From assembly GCA_902574995.1 (NCBI GenBank), contig CACGPP010000006.1, positions 16,140 through 80,139 of the forward strand: a DNA stretch of 64,000 nucleotides. Reading direction: 5' to 3'. The position numbers and the translations under genes were made by a program. Source of the stretch: an uncultured Alphaproteobacteria bacterium. Lineage in GTDB: Bacteria; Pseudomonadota; Alphaproteobacteria; HIMB59. Below the pieces are notes generated by a model. That model was not told the origin of the DNA and searched no databases. It saw only the letters and a list, made by a program, of their open reading frames with translations. Positions 49,333 to 61,180 of the stretch are shown piece by piece (positions within the stretch are counted from its first letter, which is position 1; every line of letters starts with the position of its first letter).

Positions 49333-50061
49333 ATGGTTCAAGATATCCCTCTAACTATAGCTTTTTTAGCTGGTATTCTCAGTTTTCTCTCGCCTTGTGT
49401 TCTGCCCATAGTTCCAGGATTTATATCATATATCGTCGGCAAATCTTTTGCAGATTTACAAAATTCATCAGCAGCGAACACAATAAAGTTATTACCTCAT
49501 ATTCTATTATTTACTCTGGGTTTTTCTTTTGTGTTTATAATCATGGGTGCCTCTATTGATTTTTTGAGTGACATATTTTTTGATTTTAAAAAACAACTAA
49601 ATTTTATATCAGGAATATTAATAGTTATTTTGGGACTATATTTTATTGGTATAATTAAAATTCCTTTTTTAGATTTTGAGCGTAAGTTCCATTTAGAGGG
49701 TTTTCAAAATAATCATTTTTTTCCATTTATAATTGGAGTTGCTTTTGCTTTTGGATGGAGTCCATGCATTGGACCAATCTTAGGATCTGTATTAGCTGTT
49801 GCTATTAAGGATAGTGTTAATGGTATTATATTGCTATCTTTTTATTCATTTGGTTTAGCAGTTCCTTTTATAATAGTTGGATTAATGATGAGTAAAATAT
49901 TGATCATGACTAGTTTTTTAAATAAATACATTCGTTACTTTCAATTCATAACTGGAATTATATTACTCATAACAGGTTTTTTAATATTTAATGGTTCTAT
50001 TCAATCATTAGGATTTCAACTAAATTCAATTTTACCATCACTAGAAATGTTACTTATATAA
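49333..50061 (+). CDS. ccdA: Cytochrome c biogenesis/thiol-disulfide transporter CcdA
   Basis: SFLSPCVLP and GWSPCIGPIL conserved Cys pair. Confidence 0.9.
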   Translation: MVQDIPLTIAFLAGILSFLSPCVLPIVPGFISYIVGKSFADLQNSSAANTIKLLPHILLFTLGFSFVFIIMGASIDFLSDIFFDFKKQLNFISGILIVILGLYFIGIIKIPFLDFERKFHLEGFQNNHFFPFIIGVAFAFGWSPCIGPILGSVLAVAIKDSVNGIILLSFYSFGLAVPFIIVGLMMSKILIMTSFLNKYIRYFQFITGIILLITGFLIFNGSIQSLGFQLNSILPSLEMLLI

Positions 50062-50762
50062 TGAAATTTTCAAAAAAATTAAAAATTTTTTTTTTATTAA
50101 TATTTTTTGCAATTTTATGGATAACATATTCTCTTAATAAAGACTTTTTCCAACTTGAAACCTTTTTCTCTAATTTGGATTTTATACAAGACTTCATATC
50201 TAAGAACTTCTTAATATCAATATTTATATTTTTAATTTTATACAGCCTTTTAATTATATGTAACTTTCCTTTTGCCTCCATATTATCAATGATAAATGGT
50301 TTCTTATTTGGAACATGGATTGGCGGAGCTATATCTATACTTGGTGGAACAATTGGTGCTCTTGGAATTTTTTTAATAGCAAAATTTTTTTTTTTAGATT
50401 TAATCAAAAAAAATTTTTTAAATAAATATTCCTTTATAGAAAATTATTTTAATAAAAATGACTTGGAGTTAATGATATTAATTCGTATCATTCCAGCAGC
50501 ACCTTTTTTCATACAAAATCTTATATTAGCAGGTCTTGGTGCGGATAATAAAAAGTTTTTTTTTACTACACTTTTTGGGTTAGCTCCGTGGTCATTTATT
50601 TTTGGAAGCATTGGACAAGGACTTGAAGAAATATTTATAAACAATACAGTACTTAGTTTTTCTCTAGTAGCTGAACCAGAATACTTAATTCCAATTGGAT
50701 TTATAGCTTTTTTAATAGTCACTATTATTTTGTTTAAAAAAAAATTTAAAGGTTTGAATTAA
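50061..50762 (+). CDS. TVP38/TMEM64 (VTT/DedA superfamily) membrane protein
   Basis: GFLFG, GGTIGA, RIIPAAPFFIQN motifs. Confidence 0.82.
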   Translation: MKFSKKLKIFFLLIFFAILWITYSLNKDFFQLETFFSNLDFIQDFISKNFLISIFIFLILYSLLIICNFPFASILSMINGFLFGTWIGGAISILGGTIGALGIFLIAKFFFLDLIKKNFLNKYSFIENYFNKNDLELMILIRIIPAAPFFIQNLILAGLGADNKKFFFTTLFGLAPWSFIFGSIGQGLEEIFINNTVLSFSLVAEPEYLIPIGFIAFLIVTIILFKKKFKGLN

Positions 50763-51798
50763 TATTCTTTATCGATCGAAACAATATTAAGTAACAAATT
50801 ACATAAAAAATAACGTAAATGACAAATTTTAAAAAATTATCATTTAAATTATAATTAATTGAAAAATAAGTTAATAAAAAAGGAATAATGCAAAATGGTA
50901 ACATCATCAAGCTTGCCATATTATTTCTAGTTCTAAGATTTCCGCTAAGTTTTTTAAATATAAGATGATGAAGATGATTAACATCAGGCCTCAAGGGTGA
51001 ATATTTTAGCAATATTTTTCTGAATATCGAAAATAACATCTCAGTAATCGGATAAGATAAAATTACCATGGCCAATAATGTAGGTAATTGACTATGTCTT
51101 TGAAAGAGATAGATAATTAATGCGCCAGAGAAAAGAGCGTATGTATAAGAACCACTGTCTCCCAGAAAAATCTTTCCAAAAGGAAAATTAAAAAGAAAAA
51201 CAATAATAGCAAATATAATTATAAATACTGATAAATTAACAATAAAAATATCATCATAAAAATATCCTATGTACAGCACACTAGATACTATTGATAGAAA
51301 ATTAAATGAGCTTAAACCATTTAGGCCATCTATAAAATTAAAACCATTCATTAAGAGCATCAAACTAAGAACAAATAATAAAGATTTAATTATTTCATGA
51401 TCTTTAATCAATTGAAGTAACGAAATATTTATATCAGGAAGTTCAGAAAAAAATATAAAAACAAAAGATCCTATAAATAAAATGATTAATCTAAAATATG
51501 GGCTTAGTGATTGTCTTAGATCTTCGTAAAAAGAAAATAAAAAGACTATTAAGCTACCAAACACTAATGGTAAAATTAACAATATATAATTTGTTCCAAT
51601 AATCATTAAAGTTATCAAAAAAGAAGAAAGAAATAAAAGTCCGCCAACTCTTGGAACCTCTCCCTCATGAATTTTTTGTTTGGCGAAATAATTTGACTTT
51701 ATGCCTTTGGTGATTAAAAATCTTATAAAAAAAAATATTGTTATTTGAATAATAGAGGATATTAGAACAGCGAGTACTATTTTATTATAATCTATCAT
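50746..51798 (-). CDS. Polyprenyl-phosphate N-acetylhexosamine-1-phosphate transferase (MraY/WecA family)
   Basis: PRVGG, NGFNFIDGLNGL, FNFPFGKIFLGDSG, HLHH. Confidence 0.88.
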   Translation of the reverse strand: MIDYNKIVLAVLISSIIQITIFFFIRFLITKGIKSNYFAKQKIHEGEVPRVGGLLFLSSFLITLMIIGTNYILLILPLVFGSLIVFLFSFYEDLRQSLSPYFRLIILFIGSFVFIFFSELPDINISLLQLIKDHEIIKSLLFVLSLMLLMNGFNFIDGLNGLSSFNFLSIVSSVLYIGYFYDDIFIVNLSVFIIIFAIIVFLFNFPFGKIFLGDSGSYTYALFSGALIIYLFQRHSQLPTLLAMVILSYPITEMLFSIFRKILLKYSPLRPDVNHLHHLIFKKLSGNLRTRNNMASLMMLPFCIIPFLLTYFSINYNLNDNFLKFVIYVIFYVICYLILFRSIKNINSNL

Positions 51799-51828
51799 TT
51801 TGAAATTTTAATTTTGAATAAATAAAGT

Positions 51829-53985
51829 TTATTCATTTACATATATAGCCTTTTCTAATTTTTCTATAAATCTACCAATTAAAATAGGTTTAATATCAGA
51901 TTCATTTGAAAAATAATTTTCAAATTTTTTTTGATTTTGTTTGTTAATAGCAATTAACATCGGCCCATTTGTTTGTGGGTCAAAGAGAATATTTTTAAGA
52001 GGATGGTTCTCTGATATTCTAATATATCCTCTAGAAGACTTATGGTTATTTTCAAAACTAGTACTTTGAAACATTCTTAACAAGTCAATATTTGTATTTA
52101 TAAGAATATCAGGACTTAATATTAATTCAGAAGACAGATTAGATGATAAACATATGTCAATTAGGTGAGATGACAATCCAAAACCACTTATATCAGTCAT
52201 AGTTTGGGAGTCTGAATTTCTTGCAGAATTAACAGCAAAAAAATTTTCTTTTTTAAGATTATTTAATATTTTTTCAAAATCATTACCTGAAAGCATATCA
52301 GAGTTATTAAAATAAGCGGCAAGCAAATATCCAGTTCCAAGCGGCTTAGATAAATAGATTAGATCTCCCACTTTGGCAGAATTTTTTGAAACATTACTCT
52401 TTATCTCACCATTTAAAGTAAGTGTAATACCTGGCTCTTGTGATTGATAGCTATGACCAGATGAAATTATACAATCATTCTTATCTGCTTCATGTCTAAT
52501 CCCCTCCATAAAATATTCTAAGTAAAACTTTTCAACAGAATTTTCAGAGAAAGGCACACCTAAAGACACACTGAGTGATTTAACTTCTCCACCAGCCGCT
52601 AAAATATCATTGTGTGAGTGTAAATAACTAATTTTACCAAAATCAAAAGGATTAAGAGATGAAAAAAGCTTTATATGATCAATGGTTTGTAATATTTGTA
52701 GTGTTCGATTATTAACTATTGAGGAGTCTTTTAAGTGAATATTGTCTGAGTTTTTTTTTATGTAATTAATTAATGTATTTTTTGAAACTTTAGAACCACA
52801 ACCTTGACAATACATCAAAGTATTTTTGAAATTTTCCAATTCAAAATTTCTTTTAGTCATTCCTAGATTGTTAGTAAATTTAAAATTGTTTATAAAATTC
52901 CTATCAATCCACACTTTAAGTCTCCAGCACCATTGGCTATGAAAAGATAAGAAAAAATAATTTAAAAGAGCATAATTTTTATATGTACCAATTAAATAAA
53001 GCCAGTTTTTCTGTGGTTTAAATTTAATTAGATTTTTGCCAGTTAACTTTAAAAAGATATTTTTTTTTAATGTTTCTCCTTGACGAACTGCCATTACTCC
53101 TGATTTTGGTTTAGGTTTATTATCTATACTGCATGCATCCCCAGTAACAAATATATTTTTATCATTAATAGATAAAAGATTGTCATTTACTTTAATAAAT
53201 CCTTTTTCATCCTTAATAAGATCACTTTCCAACAACCATGACTCAATACTAGCACCTGTAGAAATTAAACTTAAATCACAATCTATTTTTTCACCATTTT
53301 TTAAAGTTAAATATTTCTCTGATATTGAAATAACTTCTCCATGGCACTCTTTAATATTTAAATTTTCTGCTATTCTTTTTAGATCATTTTTTGTTTTTTT
53401 ATTTAAATTTTTTTCTTTTAATATCTTCTTTCCTAAAATTGTAATCTTAAAGAGACTCTCATATCTCCTTTTTAGACTAAAAGCTAATTCATAAGATGCA
53501 ACCCCACCTCCTATTATAACAATTTTATTTTTGTTATTTTTTACAATTTGATCGATTTGATTTAAATTTTTAACCAGTGAGCTAATAGGTTTTACAAAAA
53601 AATATTTAGATGAATTTTCTATATTTATTTTTTTTGTATTAGAAACTGAACCAGTATTAATTGAAAGTAAATCATAATTAACAGATGGGGAGTTTTGTAA
53701 GTGCAGTTCTTTATGATTTGTGTCTAATTTTATTACTTTATCTTTAATAAATGTAGCTCCTGCATTAAAACATAATCTCTGAAGATCAATGCTTATTTCT
53801 TCTTTAGTAAAATCTTCATGAATGTATCCAGGAGTCATACCTGAATAAATAGCTTCAAAATGCTCGCTAATTAAAATTGTATGAAGACCCTTAATATTAT
53901 TCATACATAACTTTTTCAGGACTTGCACATTGGCATGCCCTCCACCTATTAATACCAATTGCTTAGTGAAATTATTTTCAATCAA
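51829..53985 (-). CDS. selD: FAD-dependent oxidoreductase fused to selenophosphate synthetase
   Basis: N-terminal LIGGGHA, YSGMTPG, GDAC..KSGVMAVRQG; C-terminal CQGCGSKV, QTID, SKPLGTG, TDISGFGL, DPQTNGPML. Confidence 0.82.
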   Translation of the reverse strand: MIENNFTKQLVLIGGGHANVQVLKKLCMNNIKGLHTILISEHFEAIYSGMTPGYIHEDFTKEEISIDLQRLCFNAGATFIKDKVIKLDTNHKELHLQNSPSVNYDLLSINTGSVSNTKKINIENSSKYFFVKPISSLVKNLNQIDQIVKNNKNKIVIIGGGVASYELAFSLKRRYESLFKITILGKKILKEKNLNKKTKNDLKRIAENLNIKECHGEVISISEKYLTLKNGEKIDCDLSLISTGASIESWLLESDLIKDEKGFIKVNDNLLSINDKNIFVTGDACSIDNKPKPKSGVMAVRQGETLKKNIFLKLTGKNLIKFKPQKNWLYLIGTYKNYALLNYFFLSFHSQWCWRLKVWIDRNFINNFKFTNNLGMTKRNFELENFKNTLMYCQGCGSKVSKNTLINYIKKNSDNIHLKDSSIVNNRTLQILQTIDHIKLFSSLNPFDFGKISYLHSHNDILAAGGEVKSLSVSLGVPFSENSVEKFYLEYFMEGIRHEADKNDCIISSGHSYQSQEPGITLTLNGEIKSNVSKNSAKVGDLIYLSKPLGTGYLLAAYFNNSDMLSGNDFEKILNNLKKENFFAVNSARNSDSQTMTDISGFGLSSHLIDICLSSNLSSELILSPDILINTNIDLLRMFQSTSFENNHKSSRGYIRISENHPLKNILFDPQTNGPMLIAINKQNQKKFENYFSNESDIKPILIGRFIEKLEKAIYVNE

Positions 53986-54126
53986 TTAGAACGACCAATT
54001 TCTAAAATGATTGTATATAAACAATAATGTAGCTAAAACACTTATATAAGGAAGATTTTGCATAAAGGGATAATTATTGAAATAATAATAAATTTCAATA
54101 ATTTTCATTGATTTTACGATTTTAGG

Positions 54127-54155
54127 CTTGAAACCTAAATTATATTTACCATTTA
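54127..54155 (+). promoter_or_regulatory. RpoH (sigma32)-like promoter of groESL
   Basis: CTTGAA-N16-CCATTTA upstream of the CIRCE element. Confidence 0.6.
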
Positions 54156-54165
54156 CTAATGTGTA

Positions 54166-54192
54166 TTAGCACTCTATAAAAGTGAGTGCTAA
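54166..54192. promoter_or_regulatory. CIRCE element (HrcA operator)
   Basis: Perfect TTAGCACTC-N9-GAGTGCTAA upstream of groES. Confidence 0.97.
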
Positions 54193-54223
54193 AATTGTAT
54201 TTAGATAATATAGAGGTAAAAAA

Positions 54224-54514
54224 ATGAATTTAAAACCCTTACACGATAGAGTCTTGGTAGAAAGAGTTGAACAAGAAGATCGTACAAAAGGCGGTATCAT
54301 TATTCCTGATACTGCTCAAGAAAAACCCATGGAAGGAAAAGTTATATCTGTGGGAGGTGGTGCTAGGAACGAAAACGGAAAAGTGGTTGCTTTGGATGTA
54401 AAAAAAGGCGATAGAATTTTGTTTGGTAAATGGTCTGGTACTGAAGTTAAAATTGATGGTAAAGAACTTCTTATTATGAAGGAGTCAGACATCATGGGAA
54501 TTATTGAGAAATAA
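54224..54514 (+). CDS. groES: Co-chaperonin GroES
   Basis: [29 protein letters not shown]. Confidence 0.98.
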   Translation: MNLKPLHDRVLVERVEQEDRTKGGIIIPDTAQEKPMEGKVISVGGGARNENGKVVALDVKKGDRILFGKWSGTEVKIDGKELLIMKESDIMGIIEK

Positions 54515-54530
54515 TCGAAAGGTATTATAA

Positions 54531-56189
<1,659 letters not shown>

Positions 56190-56201
56190 ATAATTTATTT
56201 T

Positions 56202-56235
56202 ATCTGATAGCCTCTTTGTGGGCTATCAGATTTAT
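56202..56235. terminator. Terminator after groEL
   Basis: ATCTGATAGCC-N8-GGCTATCAGAT followed by a short T run. Confidence 0.8.
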
Positions 56236-56831
56236 AGATATAAATTACTAACTTTTACAGCAGGAAATCCTTTATATATATGCTCACCAAGTAAATTACC
56301 TTTAACATAACTTAAAGGAGCTACAACAACATTATCTTCGATAAAACTATCAGGTGCTATGAAACAATTTGTACCTACTTGAACATTATTTCCTATGACT
56401 ATTTTTTTATGCTCATATTCTGCATCCATATAGTTTAATCCTTTATAATGCTTATGAAGAGATGAGGTAATTGTGCAATAAGAAGAAATACCTGTGTTAT
56501 CACCTATGTAAATACTCTCACCACAATTAATTTGAGAGTAAAACATAATCCTAGAACCATTACCTAGTTTAAATTTACTGTTATTTGCAACAATTATTCT
56601 AACCCCCTGATCGATTTTTGAATTATTTTCAAAAATAATACTCGAGTTACTTCGCTGTTTTATTTCAATCTTACCAACAATTTTAACATTATTACCAATT
56701 TTCAAATTCAATATTTTTGTATTAATTAATGTTAACTTAGGAAATGACTCACACTCAAAATTTTTTCCGATAGTTGCACCTTTATACTTTAAGAAAAATT
56801 TAAATAGAAAAGATTTTATTTTTTTCGTCAA
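56232..56831 (-). CDS. Left-handed beta-helix (hexapeptide) acyltransferase
   Basis: IGKN/IGNN/IGDN hexapeptide repeats, H before IVIGNNVQVG, C-terminal GFPAVKV. Confidence 0.8.
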   Translation of the reverse strand: MTKKIKSFLFKFFLKYKGATIGKNFECESFPKLTLINTKILNLKIGNNVKIVGKIEIKQRSNSSIIFENNSKIDQGVRIIVANNSKFKLGNGSRIMFYSQINCGESIYIGDNTGISSYCTITSSLHKHYKGLNYMDAEYEHKKIVIGNNVQVGTNCFIAPDSFIEDNVVVAPLSYVKGNLLGEHIYKGFPAVKVSNLYL

Positions 56832-56832
56832 T

Positions 56833-57681
56833 TTAAAAATTTATTTTAAGACTTTGTAAATTTAAAATTTCTCTTTTTGAAGATTTTGCATATTTTTTCC
56901 TTCCATGCATAAACCTTTTATTATTTAACATTAAAAGATTATTTTTTTCCCATATGTATTCTTTTGTTAAGTCATCTGATTTAAATTTTACCTCTTGAAT
57001 TATATCTGAGGGTATATTTGAGCCATCAATAAGAGTCATATTTTTGATTTGTTTTTCTAATCTTGGACCAATTAATAAATGATTAGCGAAAAAAATACTA
57101 TCCGTTAACTTGTCAATATTAATAATAAATTTAGTGTAAATAAAACTAAGTGTTCCTTTACTCCAATTAATATAAGCATTGGAGACCCCAGGCTGTTCTA
57201 TTAACATTTCCTGATTAGATTTTTTTTTATCTTTGTAAGGAATTTCAATTTCTAAACTAAATTTCACAGGGTTTTTTAAGAAAAATTCTTTAGTTTTTTT
57301 TTCTAATTTACCCCATAACTCTTTGCCATCACAAATTGTTGTTGGTGATCCTTCTTCATCATTTTCGTAGCAATAAAACCAAATTATTTCCGGATATGCA
57401 TAACTGAAACTAGCTTCACTATGAAGCGGTATTTCATTAAAACCTATATCTACAGAATTAATATTAGTTTTTTTAAATTTCTTCTCTCTTCTTTTAGCAT
57501 CATTTGAATATTTAGTTGTAAAATAATCAGTAAAATTTTGAATTTGGTCTTTTTTCCAAGGAAGGTTCGAAAACTCTATGATGCCACAATTAGAAAAAAC
57601 TTTATTTATGTTTTTAATTTCAGTATTAGACAATTGACATTTAACTTTTTTTACCATGTCAATTTTGGCCAAATTTTTCAT
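56833..57681 (-). CDS. TauD/clavaminate synthase-like Fe(II)/2OG dioxygenase
   Basis: PLHSEASF (HxE), TTICDG, NNKRFMHGR, distal Arg. Confidence 0.8.
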   Translation of the reverse strand: MKNLAKIDMVKKVKCQLSNTEIKNINKVFSNCGIIEFSNLPWKKDQIQNFTDYFTTKYSNDAKRREKKFKKTNINSVDIGFNEIPLHSEASFSYAYPEIIWFYCYENDEEGSPTTICDGKELWGKLEKKTKEFFLKNPVKFSLEIEIPYKDKKKSNQEMLIEQPGVSNAYINWSKGTLSFIYTKFIINIDKLTDSIFFANHLLIGPRLEKQIKNMTLIDGSNIPSDIIQEVKFKSDDLTKEYIWEKNNLLMLNNKRFMHGRKKYAKSSKREILNLQSLKINF

Positions 57682-57786
57682 ATAATTAATAAAACATACT
57701 TCTTTAGAATGAAATATAAAGATAGAATTTAGTCTAAATTTATATTTCTTTATTTTGCCTATTATTCTCGTATATTATTTGTCTCT

Positions 57787-58020
57787 ATGCCAAATAAAAT
57801 AGATATTTTTATTCAAAAAATTAAATCAGATTTAAATATAGATTTTGATTTAAAAAATGATGAAGATTTTTTAAAGAATATAAAATGGGACTCATTGCTA
57901 AATATGGGATTGTTAGCACACCTTGATAGAGAATATAATTTAGTTATCGATTTTGATGATCTTCAAAAATATAATTCTTTAATAAAACTTTTTGAATTAG
58001 TTGAAGAAAAAAATAATTGA
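57787..58020 (+). CDS. Acyl carrier protein
   Basis: 77 aa, acidic, WDSL phosphopantetheine site; overlaps the KAS III gene. Confidence 0.8.
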   Translation: MPNKIDIFIQKIKSDLNIDFDLKNDEDFLKNIKWDSLLNMGLLAHLDREYNLVIDFDDLQKYNSLIKLFELVEEKNN

Positions 58021-59039
58021 TAAACCCAGCTATTACTAAAATTGAATATTTTATACCCAGTGAAGATTTTTCCACAAGTAGTGTTTTGTCAAAAAATTAT
58101 AAAGATGCATCTACTATTGAAAAAATCATTAACAAAACAGGTATAGATCAGAAATATAAATCTGAAAAAAATCAATATGCATCGGACTTAGCTATATTGG
58201 CCATAAAAAATCTTATTAACAAACATAGTTTTGATTTAAATAAAGTAGATTTTGTAATTTTCTGTAACCAAACACCCGATTATATTTTACCAATGTCATC
58301 CTCAATTATTCAAAATACTCTTTTTAAAAAAAAAAATGATGTAGGTTTTGTTGATATATCTTTAGGGTGTTCAGGTTATATATACTGCTTAAATATCGCA
58401 TGTTCGTTAATAAAGAGTGGATCATATAAAAAAATACTATTAGTTACATCAGATACATACAGTAAAATCATAAATGAAAAAGATAATACAAACTTAGCAA
58501 TATTTGGTGATGGCGCATCAGTTAGTGTTATCGAACATAAAGACTCTAACAACGAGAAAAATATCTATGATTTTATAACAGGTTGTGATGGAAGTGGATT
58601 AAAAGATTTATATTTTCCAAAGTCAGGACTTAAAGATTTTGAAAATCAAGATGTAAATAAAAGTTTGATAATGAATGGCACAAATGTTTTTTCATTCACA
58701 ATTAAAGAAGTTCCAAATAACATTAAGAGTTGTTTAATAAAAAATAATCTTACTGACTCAGATATAAATTATTATATCTTACATCAAGCTAATAAATTTA
58801 TTTTAGAAACCCTAAGAGATAAACTACAAATTTCAAAAGAAAAGTTTTTAATTGACTTGAGGTTTGGTAATACTACCTCTTCTACTATACCAATAGCCAT
58901 GTATAATTTAATTAAGGATAAAAAAGTTTCTGCATTAGATAAATTATTATTATGTGGTTTTGGCGTTGGTCTTTCTTGGGGGAGTACAATTATTCATTTA
59001 AATGATGATTTGATAAATTCAATTAAAAGAGTTAATTGA
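58017..59039 (+). CDS. Ketoacyl-ACP synthase III (FabH-like)
   Basis: LGCSGY (Cys), HQAN (His), GNTTSS (Asn), FGDGA, GFGVGLSWG. Confidence 0.9.
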   Translation: MINPAITKIEYFIPSEDFSTSSVLSKNYKDASTIEKIINKTGIDQKYKSEKNQYASDLAILAIKNLINKHSFDLNKVDFVIFCNQTPDYILPMSSSIIQNTLFKKKNDVGFVDISLGCSGYIYCLNIACSLIKSGSYKKILLVTSDTYSKIINEKDNTNLAIFGDGASVSVIEHKDSNNEKNIYDFITGCDGSGLKDLYFPKSGLKDFENQDVNKSLIMNGTNVFSFTIKEVPNNIKSCLIKNNLTDSDINYYILHQANKFILETLRDKLQISKEKFLIDLRFGNTTSSTIPIAMYNLIKDKKVSALDKLLLCGFGVGLSWGSTIIHLNDDLINSIKRVN

Positions 59040-59100
59040 TTAATTATAAAAAAAGTAGTTTAAAACACATATTTTTAAATGTAATTTACAAAAATATCTC

Positions 59101-60210
59101 ATGGAACTCTTGAATAATTTTAAAGAAACATTTTTCGTTGTTTTAAATAATGGCGTTTTTGGTTTAAGCTTAATTAATATCCTTATAATTTTAATATTAA
59201 TTTTAATATCATTATTTGCTAGGACACTTTTTGCAAAATTTATTGTTAATAAAATAAAATTATTAGTTCGTAAAACTGGCAACAAAATTGATGACAATTT
59301 ATTTGAGTCATTAATTCCTCCGTTAAAATTAACTCCAATACTTTTTATATTTCTAATTTTTAGCTTGTACATTGATAGTAGTTCTACTTTAGGGATATTT
59401 ATTAAAAAATTTAATCAGACATTAACAACTATTTTAGTTTTTTGGCTAATTCACCAATCTTTAGTACCCCTCTCTATTATTATACAAAGATTAGAAAAGC
59501 TACTTACTAAAGCACTAACAAATTGGATACTTAAATCAGTTAAATATTTAGTTGTATTTTTAGGAATTGTTGCAGTTTTAGAAGTTTGGGGAATTAAAAT
59601 TGGTCCAATAATAGCTGGTTTAGGCTTATTTGGAGTAGCAGTGGCATTAGGAGCCCAGGATCTTTTTAAAAATCTTATTTCGGGAGTTATGATACTTATG
59701 GAAAAAAGATTCCAAATAGGAGATGTTATAAATGTGCCAGGCCATGCTGAAGGCACGGTAGAGCATATAGGATTTAGATCTACATTAATAAGAAAATTTG
59801 ATTCTACTCCAATTTCAATACCAAATTATATCTTTTCAGAGGCACCGATAATAAATTATTCAAATAGAAACTTTAGAAGAATTAATTGGATAATTGGATT
59901 AGAGTATAGATCTTCATCAGAACAAATAATGCATATCATAAAATCCATTGAGGATTTTATAAAGAGTAGTTCGGATTTTATAATAGATGATAATCACAGT
60001 TTATTTGTTAAAATTGATAAATTTAATGACAGCTCAATTGATATATTAGTTTACTGCTTCACAAATACAAATATTTGGAGCGACTATCTTAGTATTAAAG
60101 AGCAACTTGCGATAAATATCAAAAGAATTGTTGAGGACAATAAAGCATCTTTCGCCTTTCCAAGTCAATCAGTATATATTGAGCAAAATGACAAATATAT
60201 TAATAGCTGA
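59101..60210 (+). CDS. Small-conductance mechanosensitive channel (MscS family)
   Basis: AGLGLFGVAVALGAQD, FQIGD, GTVEHIGFRST, IPN, FAFPSQ. Confidence 0.92.
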   Translation: MELLNNFKETFFVVLNNGVFGLSLINILIILILILISLFARTLFAKFIVNKIKLLVRKTGNKIDDNLFESLIPPLKLTPILFIFLIFSLYIDSSSTLGIFIKKFNQTLTTILVFWLIHQSLVPLSIIIQRLEKLLTKALTNWILKSVKYLVVFLGIVAVLEVWGIKIGPIIAGLGLFGVAVALGAQDLFKNLISGVMILMEKRFQIGDVINVPGHAEGTVEHIGFRSTLIRKFDSTPISIPNYIFSEAPIINYSNRNFRRINWIIGLEYRSSSEQIMHIIKSIEDFIKSSSDFIIDDNHSLFVKIDKFNDSSIDILVYCFTNTNIWSDYLSIKEQLAINIKRIVEDNKASFAFPSQSVYIEQNDKYINS

Positions 60211-61180
60211 AATTGGTTCCGTTCATGACGGATCTTTTGGAAATGCTTTAAATTTAATACATTTAGCTAAAGAATGTGGTGCTAATGCAGTTAAATTTCA
60301 ATATCACATATCAAAAGCTGAGACATCTGCTAAGGCGCCTTCCCCATATTATTTTAATTCTGAAACAAGATGGGATTACTTTAACAGAATATCATTTTCT
60401 AAAGATCAATGGCGCTCTTTATATAAAGAGGCAAAAAGAATAAAAATAAAATTTGTAGTATCTCCATTCTCTATAGAGGCCATGAATAATTTGAAGGAGA
60501 CAGGAGTTGATATGATAAAAATTGCATCTGGAGAAGTTACAAACTTACCGTTAATACATCACATAGCTTTACAAAAAAAACCTGTAATATTATCTACTGG
60601 TATGAGTAATTGGTATGAAATTTCTAAAGCAGTAAAACTGTTAAAAAAAAAACATAATAATTTAACTGTTGTACAATGCTCCTCATCTTACCCATGTCCA
60701 GATAAAGAAGTTGGTATTAATGTATTATCAGAGATAAAAAAAAAATATAAATGCGCAATTGGATTTTCAGATCATACTCTAGGTTTTGCCGCTTCAATTT
60801 CTGCAGTTGCTTTAGGCGCTACTGTAATTGAGAAACATTTAACTTTTCATAAAAAAATGTATGGGAGTGATAGTCCCAATGCAATGGAGCCAAATAATTT
60901 TAAACAGTTTGCTAAAGAAATTTTCTCAGCTTGGACAATAATTAATAGTCCAATTGATAAAGATAAAATTTCCAAATACAAACATATGAAAAATGTTTTC
61001 CAAAAAAGTATTTTTTTAAATAAGTCTCTTAAGAAAGGCTCTTTAATTAAATATGATGATCTAGATTTTAAAAAACCAGGTGATGGAATAAGTGCAAGTG
61101 AATACAAAAATATTGTCAATAAAAAAACTGTCAAAAAATTAAATAAAGACCATAAATTAAAGAAAGTTGATTTTATATGA
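60188..61180 (+). CDS. neuB: Nonulosonic acid synthase (NeuB/LegI family)
   Basis: IAEIGSVHDG, AVKFQ, KIASGE, LSTGM, GFSDHT, IEKH, C-terminal SAF domain; ATG at 60188. Confidence 0.9.
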   Translation: MTNILIAEIGSVHDGSFGNALNLIHLAKECGANAVKFQYHISKAETSAKAPSPYYFNSETRWDYFNRISFSKDQWRSLYKEAKRIKIKFVVSPFSIEAMNNLKETGVDMIKIASGEVTNLPLIHHIALQKKPVILSTGMSNWYEISKAVKLLKKKHNNLTVVQCSSSYPCPDKEVGINVLSEIKKKYKCAIGFSDHTLGFAASISAVALGATVIEKHLTFHKKMYGSDSPNAMEPNNFKQFAKEIFSAWTIINSPIDKDKISKYKHMKNVFQKSIFLNKSLKKGSLIKYDDLDFKKPGDGISASEYKNIVNKKTVKKLNKDHKLKKVDFI

